From a virus (Duplodnaviria > Caudoviricetes), in the IMG/VR virus record IMGVR_UViG_2713897050_000002, positions 6,518-70,517 of that record: DNA of 64,000 bases; one strand, given 5' to 3'. Positions 19,227 to 28,735 of the stretch are shown here, piece by piece. The translations under genes were made by a program, and so were the position numbers. Below the pieces are notes generated by a model, which worked only from the letters and a program-made list of their open reading frames with translations, was not told the origin of the DNA and ran no database searches. Positions within the stretch are counted from its first letter, which is position 1. Each line of letters opens with the position of its first letter.

Positions 19227-20138
19227 TCAGGCGGTGATGCCGGTGATCTTGATGGCAGCACCAGGCTCGGCGACGAACGGAACGACGTTGCGGCGCGCAC
19301 GGATGCGGTACCGGTCATTCAGCTCTTCACGGATGGTCTTGGTTTCGACCACATCGCCCGTGTAGCCCTGGCCGAGGGTTTCCTTGCCGATACCGCCGAG
19401 AGCGTTGGTATCGATGAGCCATGCGCCAGCAGACGGCAGGTTGTTCGTCGGCAACAGGGTGAGGCCGGCAATCGACAGGAACGAGCCGGTGTAGACAGTG
19501 TTGCCATTGTCTTCGCGGGCCATCGTCTGAGTCAGCTTGGTATCCGACGCCAAGAGGGCGTGAGTGGCGTCATCGACAACGAGGACGTTGGGCTCGTAGC
19601 CCATGTTCAACGCGGTGACCTTCGCCTTAGCAAGCATGATGTCGCGCAGAATCTTGGCGTTCGCATCATCAGTCCAGACAGCCGAAGCCGCCTGAGTCTG
19701 AGTGACAGCCGAAGCGATCAGCGACAGTGCCGTAGCATCCATCTGCTTCACAGCAGAGTTGACAAGCTTCTTGAAAGCTTCCTCGACACTGTTCATCGCG
19801 GAACGCTTGATCGCCTCATCGGTGATCTCGGCGTCCTGGCCCCACTTGACGACTGCAACGTTCTGCAGCACACCATTGGAGATGCCAGTCAGCGGGTACT
19901 CGCCGCCGGGAGTGATCGACTCAGGAGTGCGATCGGCATACAGCGGCTCAAGCGACGAGAACGCGATAGCGCCACCCGAAGCCTCAACACGCTTACTCAG
20001 AAGAATGTCGGAGATGAAACGCTGATTAGCGATCTCATCAATGCGCTTAGCGACAAGCGTAGGCGACTGAAGGAAACGGTTTGCGGTAACGGAATCGCCA
20101 GAGTAGGTGGGCGGTCCCGCGGGATACGTGAAAGACGT
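19227..20138 (-). CDS. Major capsid protein (303 aa if initiated at ACG 20138)
   Basis: Frame is open from TAA at 20151-20153: (T)SFTYPAGPPTYSGDSVTANRFLQSPTLV...PGGEYP...KWG..ITDEAIKR; the ORF track truncates it at GTG 19871. Confidence 0.9.
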   Translation of the reverse strand, partial: TSFTYPAGPPTYSGDSVTANRFLQSPTLVAKRIDEIANQRFISDILLSKRVEASGGAIAFSSLEPLYADRTPESITPGGEYPLTGISNGVLQNVAVVKWGQDAEITDEAIKRSAMNSVEEAFKKLVNSAVKQMDATALSLIASAVTQTQAASAVWTDDANAKILRDIMLAKAKVTALNMGYEPNVLVVDDATHALLASDTKLTQTMAREDNGNTVYTGSFLSIAGLTLLPTNNLPSAGAWLIDTNALGGIGKETLGQGYTGDVVETKTIREELNDRYRIRARRNVVPFVAEPGAAIKITGITA

Positions 20139-20190
20139 AGTAATCAGTCCTTAGACATGGAGTGGACATGCTCCGCATGCCCCTCAAATG

Positions 20191-20220
20191 AGAAAAGCCC
20201 CCACAAAGGAGGGCTTAAAA
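20191..20220 (-). terminator. Intrinsic terminator-like hairpin upstream of capsid
   Basis: AAGCCC...GGGCTT stem followed by TTCT on the minus strand. Confidence 0.6.
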
Positions 20221-20243
20221 GTGTGAAAGTGAAGAGGGGTAAA

Positions 20244-20603
20244 TCAGCGGAGCTTGACAACGACCTTGCCGTTAGCTGCAGCACCGAGCGCCACACCGAC
20301 AACCGTGTCAATGGTGCCCGCGCCAACAGTCGCGACAGCACCAGCAGCGGCACCGACAACGTTTGCGCCAGCAGCAATCGCACCCGAAGCAGCAAGCTCA
20401 TGGACACCGCCCGCATGGACAGTCACCTTCGCGCCCGACGCAGCATCAAACGCGGCAACACCAAGCCATGCGCCCGTAGCAGCCGTAGTCGGAGCAACAG
20501 TCTGGTTACCCGACACATAAACAAGCTGACCGCCAGTAACCGCGGCAGAAGTAAGGATGGGAAGATCCGCGCCAGGCTTGCGGATCGGAGTGTAATCAGC
20601 CAT
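20244..20603 (-). CDS. Capsid decoration / cement protein (DUF2190-like)
   Basis: SAAVTGGQLV...LGVAAFDAASG...AIAAG...VGVAL pattern. Confidence 0.8.
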   Translation of the reverse strand: MADYTPIRKPGADLPILTSAAVTGGQLVYVSGNQTVAPTTAATGAWLGVAAFDAASGAKVTVHAGGVHELAASGAIAAGANVVGAAAGAVATVGAGTIDTVVGVALGAAANGKVVVKLR

Positions 20604-21205
20604 CAGTTGGCCTTTCCTTTAGGAGCGCCATAAATAGACGCATAGAGTTGTTCTTCATCAGTAAGCTGAGGAGAAGGCTGCGCACCCTGATGCGTCACCG
20701 GAGCCGGCACACGAGGCGCATTCGGATCAACAGGAGGAACCGCAGGAACAAGAGTCGGCTGAAGGATCGCCCAATCAGCCGCCAACTCATCAACATTCGA
20801 GCCTTTAAGCCGGTCCACCCACGCCTGGGGAACCTGATTTTCATACGCAAACTTGAGACGCAGATTCTCCGAAGCCTGAGCCTCGGCAGCGGCTTTCGCG
20901 TCTGCCGCTTGCTTCTGCGCCAACTGCAACTCCGACAACTTCGCATCCTCAGCGGCCTGCGCATCAGCAGCAGCTTTCGCCTGCAACGCCTTCAACGCTT
21001 TCTCGGCCGCATCAGCACGAGTCCGTTCCGCAGCGAGAGCCTTCTTGCCGCCCTCCCCTAGCTCGGCATCCTCAGCAGGCATCGCGCCAGCCGTAGGTGC
21101 CTCCACAGGGGTAGCAACAGGCACCACAGGAGGCGTAGGAACAGCCTCAGCAGCAGTGCCGGCAGGGTCAGTCGGAACAACTTCAGTCGGAATAGGTGTA
21201 GACAT
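20603..21205 (-). CDS. Scaffolding protein
   Basis: LGEGGKKALAAER, KLSELQ, RLKGS motifs; GGAGG RBS before ATG 21205. Confidence 0.88.
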   Translation of the reverse strand: MSTPIPTEVVPTDPAGTAAEAVPTPPVVPVATPVEAPTAGAMPAEDAELGEGGKKALAAERTRADAAEKALKALQAKAAADAQAAEDAKLSELQLAQKQAADAKAAAEAQASENLRLKFAYENQVPQAWVDRLKGSNVDELAADWAILQPTLVPAVPPVDPNAPRVPAPVTHQGAQPSPQLTDEEQLYASIYGAPKGKAN

Positions 21206-21307
21206 GGGTGAAACCTCCATCGCGGGGGCATTGACGCCACAAACAGATCGCCTGCAGTGGCCGAACATCTCCCCGCGATGCGGGAAGAAACCTGTGATTG
21301 GGTACAA

Positions 21308-21345
21308 GAAAGCCCCCGGAGCAAACTTCGCTCAACGGGGGCTTC
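21308..21345 (-). terminator. Hairpin between MuF-like gene and scaffold
   Basis: AAGCCCCCG...CGGGGGCTT inverted repeat. Confidence 0.55.
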
Positions 21346-21356
21346 TGTACGCTCAG

Positions 21357-22403
21357 TTAATTCAGTGATGGGACTAGCGATGTGCGCGAACCAACACCAG
21401 TTGTGGGGCCGCTGCGATCCAAAATGTAGCCGTTAAGCTTGAGTAGCCGAAGGGCATCCTCGCGCGACTCGGCAACTTCAAGCACTGACTCGGGCATCAA
21501 ACGTGGAGTAGTCCGCGGATCACGACCACGAGCACGAATAACCTTGCCCGCCACACCACGCTTCGTCACACCCTCAGTTGAGATATACAGGGACTGCCCG
21601 TACACGTCAGTACGCGTCAAACGGCCAGTAGACCCAGCCGCAGCATCCAACCCCGCAGCACCCTTACGCACATTCACAACCTGGCCGATATCGGCACCCA
21701 AACGGATTGCCTCAGCGCCAAACTTCGTGAACGTGCGGTCCTGCTGCTCTTTGCTCAGCGAGTTGAAATACTTCGTGGGATCAGTACGAATATCCTCGGC
21801 GTTATCTTCCTTCGAGGGCACCGCTCTACAGTCGCAACCAGGATGCCTACGAAAGGATGCGTTGTAGCGGTAGAATCGGCCGGCCAAAATCGCACACCGT
21901 GAACATGACGGCGGATTCAACATCCGCACATAGCCTACATTCTTCCGCGAAGCCACACCCAACTGCGTAGCCGAACGCGAAATATCCGCCAACTGCGTCT
22001 GCAACACAACCGCCAGCCAGTTGAACCCCGACTCCCATGCTTGCACCGCGCCACGATCCTCGACACGCTCACTCGCATTGATCACCGCACCAAACATCAG
22101 CCCGTCGAGCGGACGCCCAGAAGACGAAACACCCACCATCGCCTCAGGATTGATTACACCATCAGGGGATACCGGAGTGCCCAACTCGGCTAAAGTGTCG
22201 CCCACGTAGCCGTCAGCACCCTTAACGGCCCGCATCTGACCCTCAACCACAATCTGCATCAACTGATCGATGTTGCGGTCAAACCAAGCATCGAAATTTG
22301 CGGGAGGACGCTTCCCCCACACCTCGCGGGCATACGCCAACACCTGCAAAGTCAACCGCTGCTGCTGACGGTAATGATCAACCGCCGTATCAGGCAGTGG
22401 CAT
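21357..22403 (-). CDS. MuF-like / capsid maturation protein
   Basis: GYVRMLNPPSCSRCAILAG...FRRHPGCDC motif; follows portal. Confidence 0.85.
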   Translation of the reverse strand: MPLPDTAVDHYRQQQRLTLQVLAYAREVWGKRPPANFDAWFDRNIDQLMQIVVEGQMRAVKGADGYVGDTLAELGTPVSPDGVINPEAMVGVSSSGRPLDGLMFGAVINASERVEDRGAVQAWESGFNWLAVVLQTQLADISRSATQLGVASRKNVGYVRMLNPPSCSRCAILAGRFYRYNASFRRHPGCDCRAVPSKEDNAEDIRTDPTKYFNSLSKEQQDRTFTKFGAEAIRLGADIGQVVNVRKGAAGLDAAAGSTGRLTRTDVYGQSLYISTEGVTKRGVAGKVIRARGRDPRTTPRLMPESVLEVAESREDALRLLKLNGYILDRSGPTTGVGSRTSLVPSLN

Positions 22404-23790
22404 CAGTAGGCTCCACCGTAGTCACCGCAGCATCAATCGATGTACCAGTCCCGAGACCATCCGAAGACCGGCCAAACCTTGCGGCAGGGGTGTTCTCAGC
22501 CTCGGCGTCCATCATCTGCTTCATCTGCTTGCGTTGCGTATCCGAGTAGCCGAGATCGATCCACGTCTGCTCCAACGGAACAACGCCAGCCTGATTGAGC
22601 TTCACAGCAGCATCAGCCTTCTGCGCAACAGTCGGGGTCGACGGATCACGCCACACTGTCTCCAGTTTGTAGTCACGATCTTCGAGAACGTTGCTCCCGC
22701 GCGTGAACATGAGGTTCAGTCGCTGAACATCTTCCCAGCCGCCACCCAAATAGGTTTGCTTACGCTCCACACGCTTCACCAACTGCGTTTCAGACGACTT
22801 GATCGCATCAGCAGACGCCGGATTAGACCCAGCAAACTGCATATAGTGAGGCGGTAGAGCCGCAAGCTGCGACACAAGCTGAGCAAGCAACTTGATCGTA
22901 TTGTGAAACACCGCAAGATCAGACTCTGTGAACGTCCCAACCTTCACATCAGGATTCTCGTTCGCCCAAATCCGATTCTTCAACATCGACCAAGCCGAAA
23001 CCGACTCACCATTGCGATCGACAAAGTCCGACTGCTTCAAACCGAATGCATAACGGCGAGGCATAGCGTGATACTCGCCACTCACCATCATGTCAGTAGC
23101 CTGCTTGTTCGCTGCGTCCGCAAGGGGAATCAGATCCTTGAACTCCGTGACACCATCAGGCAACAGAATCCGAGGACGATTCACCAAAGGCACAACCGGA
23201 ACCACGCCAAAATTGTGGTTATCGGGAGTCCCGTCAACCTCCCACCCGTCCTTACCCTTCAAGAAAGAGGTAATCGAGTTCGGCGTGTAAACAATGGTAT
23301 GAGCCAAGTCATCGAGGTCAGTCCACTGCTTGATCGCAGCACTCACCCTGCGTGTACGCGGATCACGCTGAGCCCACATCTGAAACGGTGACTCAACCGA
23401 GATCAACGGCGGCTTGTCAGCCTCAGGATTAGATCCGACAGTCACATACGACCTCGACAACGCAATAGAATCGAGATGCGCCTGCTGCGACTGCTCATCC
23501 AACTGGTTGTACTGCCACGTCGCCCACAAATCATCATCGCCCGAATCGGAATCCGCGAAACGGAACCCCTCAATATCCAGACGAGTCTCATAAGCATCAG
23601 CAACCAGGCGAGCCCAGTTGATAACAAGTTCAGCGACAGTCTCGCCGATCTCCTCACGCATAGCCTCAGACATATACCTAAGAGGCTGCTCGCCCTCGTA
23701 GTAGTTGTTCCAAGACGTTAGCTTTGTGCGGTCAGCAAGCAAGCCCTTTTCGAGAATCGGGATCAGATCAACTGGTTGTACATCAGCCAC
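22390..23790 (-). CDS. Portal protein (SPP1 gp6-like)
   Basis: YYEGEQPL, INWARLV, VPVVPLVN, NPASADAI, WRDP motifs. Confidence 0.95.
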   Translation of the reverse strand: MADVQPVDLIPILEKGLLADRTKLTSWNNYYEGEQPLRYMSEAMREEIGETVAELVINWARLVADAYETRLDIEGFRFADSDSGDDDLWATWQYNQLDEQSQQAHLDSIALSRSYVTVGSNPEADKPPLISVESPFQMWAQRDPRTRRVSAAIKQWTDLDDLAHTIVYTPNSITSFLKGKDGWEVDGTPDNHNFGVVPVVPLVNRPRILLPDGVTEFKDLIPLADAANKQATDMMVSGEYHAMPRRYAFGLKQSDFVDRNGESVSAWSMLKNRIWANENPDVKVGTFTESDLAVFHNTIKLLAQLVSQLAALPPHYMQFAGSNPASADAIKSSETQLVKRVERKQTYLGGGWEDVQRLNLMFTRGSNVLEDRDYKLETVWRDPSTPTVAQKADAAVKLNQAGVVPLEQTWIDLGYSDTQRKQMKQMMDAEAENTPAARFGRSSDGLGTGTSIDAAVTTVEPTDATA

Positions 23791-23808
23791 AACGGGCCTC
23801 CCAATCCT

Positions 23809-25470
23809 TTAGAAACCGACCATCTTAGAAGAGACCGGTTCAGGAACACCCAAAGCGAGTGCATCCATGCGTGCATCCCACGACAGCAATCCCGCCATGG
23901 CAATATCGATTTTGTTTGGCGAATCTCGCCGCTCTTTTTCAATCAACCAAAGCGGCTGACCTTCATCGTCAAGCATCGACAGCGGGCGCTTCACCGCCGC
24001 GCCAATATGTTCAGCAAAAGCCTTATCGGGCGAATGGGTTACCTCGCCGCTTCGCATTGCAGTCGAATACCGCTTAGCCGCAAAAGCGGTCTTGCGCAGA
24101 CCGCGAGAGTCCGTATAGAACTGGATGACACGCCGGCCACCAAACTTCGACTCCAAACGCGACAACACCACATCGAAACCCTGCGCCGGGTCACCGTTCA
24201 TGCGCATCACATTGAATGTCTCAAACATCGACTGGCATATAGCCTCGACTTCATCAACAGGAACCTCACCAGACTGCAAAATTGATGGATCCCAAAAACC
24301 TGCTACCCACTGCCAGCCCGTCAACACATCGGTAGCAATCAGCGCTGTAGTGTCATTCCACTTCGAGCCATCAAGCCCCAGCGTGATAGCCGACTTGTGC
24401 GGCACAGGCGGACGATCAACCGTCAACTCAGCCCACCGAGACGAATCAAACGCCTTGTTGCCGCCCTGAACGCGACGATTCAGCCACACCCGCTCGAAGT
24501 AAGACTCGTTACCGCGGCGCTTAGCCTGGTGATACAGAGACGCAATCGAGTCAACCTGACCCTCGAAGTCATCCCACTGCGCGATAGACGGGCCAGAAGC
24601 CTCGCGAATCGCATCCGCAAGCTCAACCGGGTCATCCAAGTTCTCATCAGCGCGCGGAGCGGCATCCCTGTGGAAGAAGAAAAACGTCGAGTCCTTGATC
24701 TCGCCGCGGTCGATACGCTCAGCATCCTCATGCGACCCCTGCGCAACACTGCCTTCGCCAGGCGTATACGTAGTCGTCGTCTCCAACGACCAAGCATCCG
24801 CCTTCATGCGCTTAGGAATATTCTGCAACATCGTCTCGTGCGCCTCAACAAGCCGCGCCAACGTGAAACGGTGAGTCTCATCGAAATGCTGAAAAGTAGT
24901 ACGCGCACCATCACGCGAATCAGGCGAAGAAGCCAACGCGACAGCTTTACCGTCAGCGCGACCATCCTCATTCAAACGGACAATCCGATCCAAGCCGATA
25001 TCGAATAAATCAGCGTCAGAGCCCATCGAACACATCACATAAAGTGCCGCGTACGCCAGATCTTCTGTCTGCTCCTCCGTATAAGCAACCATCGGAATGT
25101 AAGGGTCAACGACAGGTGCGCCGACAGGCTGCCAAACCCCATCAACCTCATGCCAGCCATCACACCGAACAGGGGCCTCAGGATGTAACTCAGCAAATGC
25201 AATCGCCGCAGCCAACTCCGTCTTCGCCGTCCCCTTACGCAACGACAAACCAAACCGCTTAAACCGCCGCTTACCAGCACGACCATGACCACGAGGAAAC
25301 ACTTCGTAAGCCCGGTAAATGAACGCCCGCTTGTCGGCATCAAGTTTGTACGGCTGACCCTTCAAATCCCCAGGACCATGAACCGCACGATCCTCCAACA
25401 ATTCACAAACCTGCGGACCCAACGTCGGCCACGGAACCTCATCCGCAGGCGGAACCATCAGAACACCCAT
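23809..25470 (-). CDS. terL: Terminase large subunit
   Basis: Walker A LRKGTAKTE, Walker B FDETH, nuclease LGLDGSKWNDTTAL and KIDIA. Confidence 0.95.
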   Translation of the reverse strand: MGVLMVPPADEVPWPTLGPQVCELLEDRAVHGPGDLKGQPYKLDADKRAFIYRAYEVFPRGHGRAGKRRFKRFGLSLRKGTAKTELAAAIAFAELHPEAPVRCDGWHEVDGVWQPVGAPVVDPYIPMVAYTEEQTEDLAYAALYVMCSMGSDADLFDIGLDRIVRLNEDGRADGKAVALASSPDSRDGARTTFQHFDETHRFTLARLVEAHETMLQNIPKRMKADAWSLETTTTYTPGEGSVAQGSHEDAERIDRGEIKDSTFFFFHRDAAPRADENLDDPVELADAIREASGPSIAQWDDFEGQVDSIASLYHQAKRRGNESYFERVWLNRRVQGGNKAFDSSRWAELTVDRPPVPHKSAITLGLDGSKWNDTTALIATDVLTGWQWVAGFWDPSILQSGEVPVDEVEAICQSMFETFNVMRMNGDPAQGFDVVLSRLESKFGGRRVIQFYTDSRGLRKTAFAAKRYSTAMRSGEVTHSPDKAFAEHIGAAVKRPLSMLDDEGQPLWLIEKERRDSPNKIDIAMAGLLSWDARMDALALGVPEPVSSKMVGF

Positions 25471-25937
25471 TACGCTCCAGACAAAGCAGACCTAGGATCG
25501 CCACCAGAAGCAGCAGACTTGAAAGTGGAAGACCGGCGCTTAGAGCCCTTATCCTGAGCCTCCTCAGAACGCTCAATCTCCCACTGGAGACGCCGTCTAT
25601 CGATCGGAGACAAGCCGAAACGCTGCCCCTGCTGCCTCAGCTCACCCGCGATGCGAATGCGCTCAGAAGACGACACAGCCCGCCAGAAATCATCAGTCAG
25701 AAGCGCAAGCGCATACAGGCCGTGAACATCCGACGCATCAAACTCAGGGGCCATCGGAGACGACAACACCGAATCCCACCAAACTAACGTCAACTCATGC
25801 CACCCAGCACCATCAGGACGCGCCGGCAAATCAGGAATAGGCAGATCCTCAACAGCACGCAACGTCGCCTTCGTAGACACCTTGTTGCGCCGCTGCCGAG
25901 TGCTCGGATCTTTAGGGGGAGGGCCATTACCAGCCAT
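25470..25937 (-). CDS. terS: Terminase small subunit
   Basis: MAGNGPPPKDPSTRQRRN...FGLSPIDRRRLQW; coupled to terL. Confidence 0.9.
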   Translation of the reverse strand: MAGNGPPPKDPSTRQRRNKVSTKATLRAVEDLPIPDLPARPDGAGWHELTLVWWDSVLSSPMAPEFDASDVHGLYALALLTDDFWRAVSSSERIRIAGELRQQGQRFGLSPIDRRRLQWEIERSEEAQDKGSKRRSSTFKSAASGGDPRSALSGA

Positions 25938-26079
25938 CACAACCACCTCTAACTTCGGCTTATTGGAAACGACTGTCAATGTCCAGACCCGTACAGAACA
26001 TAATCCGCCTTGGTCAGGGCAGAGGTGAGGGCTCACGGTTCAGCATCCCCGCCTGGGTGGGGGGTTGTGCGTGACGGGG

Positions 26080-26703
26080 CTAAGCGATTGTCACAGTGTT
26101 GATGGGAGCATGGGGGATCGCTGCACGTTGTCGCTGCTTGTTGAGCAGTATGTTGCTGACTTGAGCCTGGCTAATCCCATGCATGGCTGCGAGCCTGCGT
26201 TGCGTATAGTTGCCGGTTGCGTACTGTGCCTTCATTAAGAGGACAGAGCGTGAGCTGAGTTTGCATTGCGAATGCCGTTCGTCGCGCGCCATACGGTCGC
26301 GTTCGATGGCATCGTGCGCATTTTGCATTGGCGTGCCCGTGATTAAATGCGAAGGATTGATGCAGGGCGGGTTGTCACATTGGTGACGTACTAGTAGCCC
26401 TTGCTTAATCATGCCGTTCCATGCCTCGTAGGCCAGACGGTGCGCGAGTGCGCGCTTACCCATGTGGATGAGTCTGCCGTATCCGTCTTTGTCTCTAAGC
26501 CCATTCCATTCCCAACAGTCATTGGAAGTCACTGTCCATCCTTTGAATGCAAGCGACTCTTCTGCTCCCATGTTGGGTGGCGCGAACACTAGGCGTGTCG
26601 GGTCTCCATGCTTCACGAATCTCTTGTAGTGTTTGGGGCAGTAGCCTCGCGCACCGTGGTTACCTACTGGCGTAGGGCATTCGTCTACGGAACAGATACG
26701 CAT
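26080..26703 (-). CDS. HNH homing endonuclease
   Basis: CWEWNG..GYG..AHRLAY..HQCDNPPCINPSHL..N; C-terminal HTH. Confidence 0.92.
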   Translation of the reverse strand: MRICSVDECPTPVGNHGARGYCPKHYKRFVKHGDPTRLVFAPPNMGAEESLAFKGWTVTSNDCWEWNGLRDKDGYGRLIHMGKRALAHRLAYEAWNGMIKQGLLVRHQCDNPPCINPSHLITGTPMQNAHDAIERDRMARDERHSQCKLSSRSVLLMKAQYATGNYTQRRLAAMHGISQAQVSNILLNKQRQRAAIPHAPINTVTIA

Positions 26704-26723
26704 TACTTCTCCTATGGATATAC

Positions 26724-26759
26724 GAGTAGCCCCAACGCATAGGTACGTTGGGGCTACTC
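26724..26759. terminator. Perfect 14-bp hairpin upstream of the HNH gene
   Basis: GAGTAGCCCCAACG / CGTTGGGGCTACTC. Confidence 0.7.
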
Positions 26760-26794
26760 TTCCCGCAGTGGATCAGACTGCGGTTGTTCTGGGG

Positions 26795-27142
26795 TTAGCG
26801 GTTGCCGCGCCGGCCGTTACAGCTTTTGCAGAGGACTCTGAGTGGTCCTGTTTGGTTGCTGTCGCTGACTGGTGTGATGTGGTCTGCGGTTAGTCCGCCG
26901 TCGCTGGCTGTGAGTGGGTGTGCTGGTCTGCCGTATCCGGGGCAGTAGTCACCGTGTGTGTTGCGGTGCGTGTCTACTGCATCTTTACGCCTGTTGCGTT
27001 CCGTCCAGGTGAGTCCGACTTTGGTGGGTGTTGTTGCGTGCTCGTGTCTGGTGCGGGCTTGCTGGTGTTTGGTGCACCGTGGAGCGTATTGGACTTGGGG
27101 GCAGCCGAGTTCTTTGCATGGGAGTAGGCGTGCTCTTGGCAT
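26795..27142 (-). CDS. Packaging-associated HNH endonuclease
   Basis: LTADHITPV...LCKSCNGRRG; near terS as in cos phages. Confidence 0.85.
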   Translation of the reverse strand: MPRARLLPCKELGCPQVQYAPRCTKHQQARTRHEHATTPTKVGLTWTERNRRKDAVDTHRNTHGDYCPGYGRPAHPLTASDGGLTADHITPVSDSNQTGPLRVLCKSCNGRRGNR

Positions 27143-27154
27143 GTGTCACCTGCT

Positions 27155-27412
27155 TTAGCTTTGGTGTTCCGCCGCGAGGTCTTCATCATGGAAGCCTTGC
27201 CAGTTGACGCGTAGTACTGCGATGCCGTGGAGGCAGTCCATCCATTGGACTGTTGCGGTGCTGATGTAGTCGGGTCCGTCGTCGTCTGTTTGTGTGACTT
27301 CGACTGTGTCGCCGATGGTTGGTGTCTTTGCGAATTGGCTTAGGCGTACTGGTACGCATTCGGTGTCTTCGTCGATGTAGATATTGGGGTCTACTTCGAT
27401 GCGCGTGTTCAT
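27155..27412 (-). CDS. Hypothetical protein
   Basis: ATGA coupled ORF. Confidence 0.55.
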   Translation of the reverse strand: MNTRIEVDPNIYIDEDTECVPVRLSQFAKTPTIGDTVEVTQTDDDGPDYISTATVQWMDCLHGIAVLRVNWQGFHDEDLAAEHQS

Positions 27413-27909
27413 GGGTTGTTGCCTTCACCCTCACACCATGACGGTGCGTCACCATGTGATGTCCATCTGGGATACGGACTGTGCCTGTCCCATGTGAATG
27501 AGAACGGCGTGAATGCCTTGAGCCCGTTGATGCGATCTTGCATGGCGTGTAGATCCTTGAGCGTGTAGCTCTCGCCCTGAGGCTTAGTGTCAGCGAGTAC
27601 AGCCTTGACGATCTCTTCGGCATCAGTGTCCAACGATTTGAATTGCAGCTCTGTGTCTGCGGCAGTCAACGTCGCGTTGTGCAGTCGACCGTAGATGCTC
27701 GGGGTAAACCAGTCTGCGTCTATCCGGTAGATGTGGCCGTGAAGGATTGGTGCATCCGACTTCATGGCGCATTCGAGTGTGAGTGTGTGTCCCGTGTTGG
27801 GTTGTCCGTTGGGGATGAAGCTGAATGCTCTGAGTGGTAGCTCTGGTGTGTCAAACTCTAGTGTGTCTATGTGTTGGAGTGCTTGTGTGTATGTGGTGAG
27901 GGTAGCCAT
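27409..27909 (-). CDS. Hypothetical protein
   Basis: Open frame MATLTTY...; coupled downstream. Confidence 0.55.
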   Translation of the reverse strand: MATLTTYTQALQHIDTLEFDTPELPLRAFSFIPNGQPNTGHTLTLECAMKSDAPILHGHIYRIDADWFTPSIYGRLHNATLTAADTELQFKSLDTDAEEIVKAVLADTKPQGESYTLKDLHAMQDRINGLKAFTPFSFTWDRHSPYPRWTSHGDAPSWCEGEGNNP

Positions 27910-28147
27910 GTTGGGTGGATATCCTAAGAACGGTGCAGGCATAAAGCGGGGCTGCACTACGGGTTGGTAGTGTTATTGGTGCGGGTTATTCATTGGCCCA
28001 TTTCTTCTACGTTGCCGCGATGATCTTCTACCCATTTCCATGCGTCTTCCCATGTGCGGTAGACGGGGCCGCCCTCTGGTCCGATGTAGGGATAGTGGAC
28101 TAGGGCTTTGAGTAGTAGACGCGATATAGGTTCGGGCATCTCGTCAC

Positions 28148-28363
28148 TCATTGAATAGTGCCATCAAGGTCGCCTACTGCATTGCGTGTCATCGGCGGCT
28201 CATGCTTCACGTACGCCCATGTCCCGCGGGCATGTGCACCTACGTTGCCTTTGCCGTCTTGGATTACATGGAGTACGCCGTCTGTGTCTGTGTGCCATTT
28301 GGTGGCGTTGGGGTATTCGACTGTGCGGCCAAGGTTGTCTGTGCGGGTGTTGACTGTGATCAT
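28148..28363 (-). CDS. Hypothetical protein
   Basis: 71-aa ORF with purine-rich RBS. Confidence 0.55.
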   Translation of the reverse strand: MITVNTRTDNLGRTVEYPNATKWHTDTDGVLHVIQDGKGNVGAHARGTWAYVKHEPPMTRNAVGDLDGTIQ

Positions 28364-28385
28364 GGTGTTCTTTCTGGTGGTGGTG

Positions 28386-28733
28386 TTAGCAAGTGCAGTG
28401 TTCTAATGGGCCGCAGTCTTCGCATTCAATGTCGATGTAGCGGCGTGTGATTGCTTTGTCGTGGCGGTTGCATATCCACTGCCAACGTCCGGGTAGTGGT
28501 TCTATGATGCCGTCACTGTCGCAATGCGGGTGGATGGTGTGTGCGATGTTGTCTAGTACGCACCAGGGCATTGCGCGCCATGTGCAGTGGGCGAGGATGC
28601 GCACACTTGACAGGCTCAACTGTGGCGGGCCTGTAGGGATTGCCAGCATTGTGTAGAGCTTGTCGAATGCAATGTTGTAGGCGTCTTGGATTTCGGCGGC
28701 GTATTCGTCGGTGAGTAGCATTGGGTCGTGCAT
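28386..28733 (-). CDS. Cys/His-rich hypothetical protein
   Basis: GAGGA RBS; CEDC...HCTC C-terminus. Confidence 0.5.
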   Translation of the reverse strand: MHDPMLLTDEYAAEIQDAYNIAFDKLYTMLAIPTGPPQLSLSSVRILAHCTWRAMPWCVLDNIAHTIHPHCDSDGIIEPLPGRWQWICNRHDKAITRRYIDIECEDCGPLEHCTC

Positions 28734-28735
28734 GG

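Noticed and set aside
19227-19871. Capsid start at GTG 19871 as given in the ORF track
   Set aside because: Would remove about 90 capsid-like codons including PGGEYP, and there is no RBS at that GTG
477-25008. Long plus-strand ORFs such as 477..1391, 8006..9367 and 19212..20633
   Set aside because: Antisense shadows of well-supported minus-strand structural genes in GC-rich DNA; no motifs or RBS
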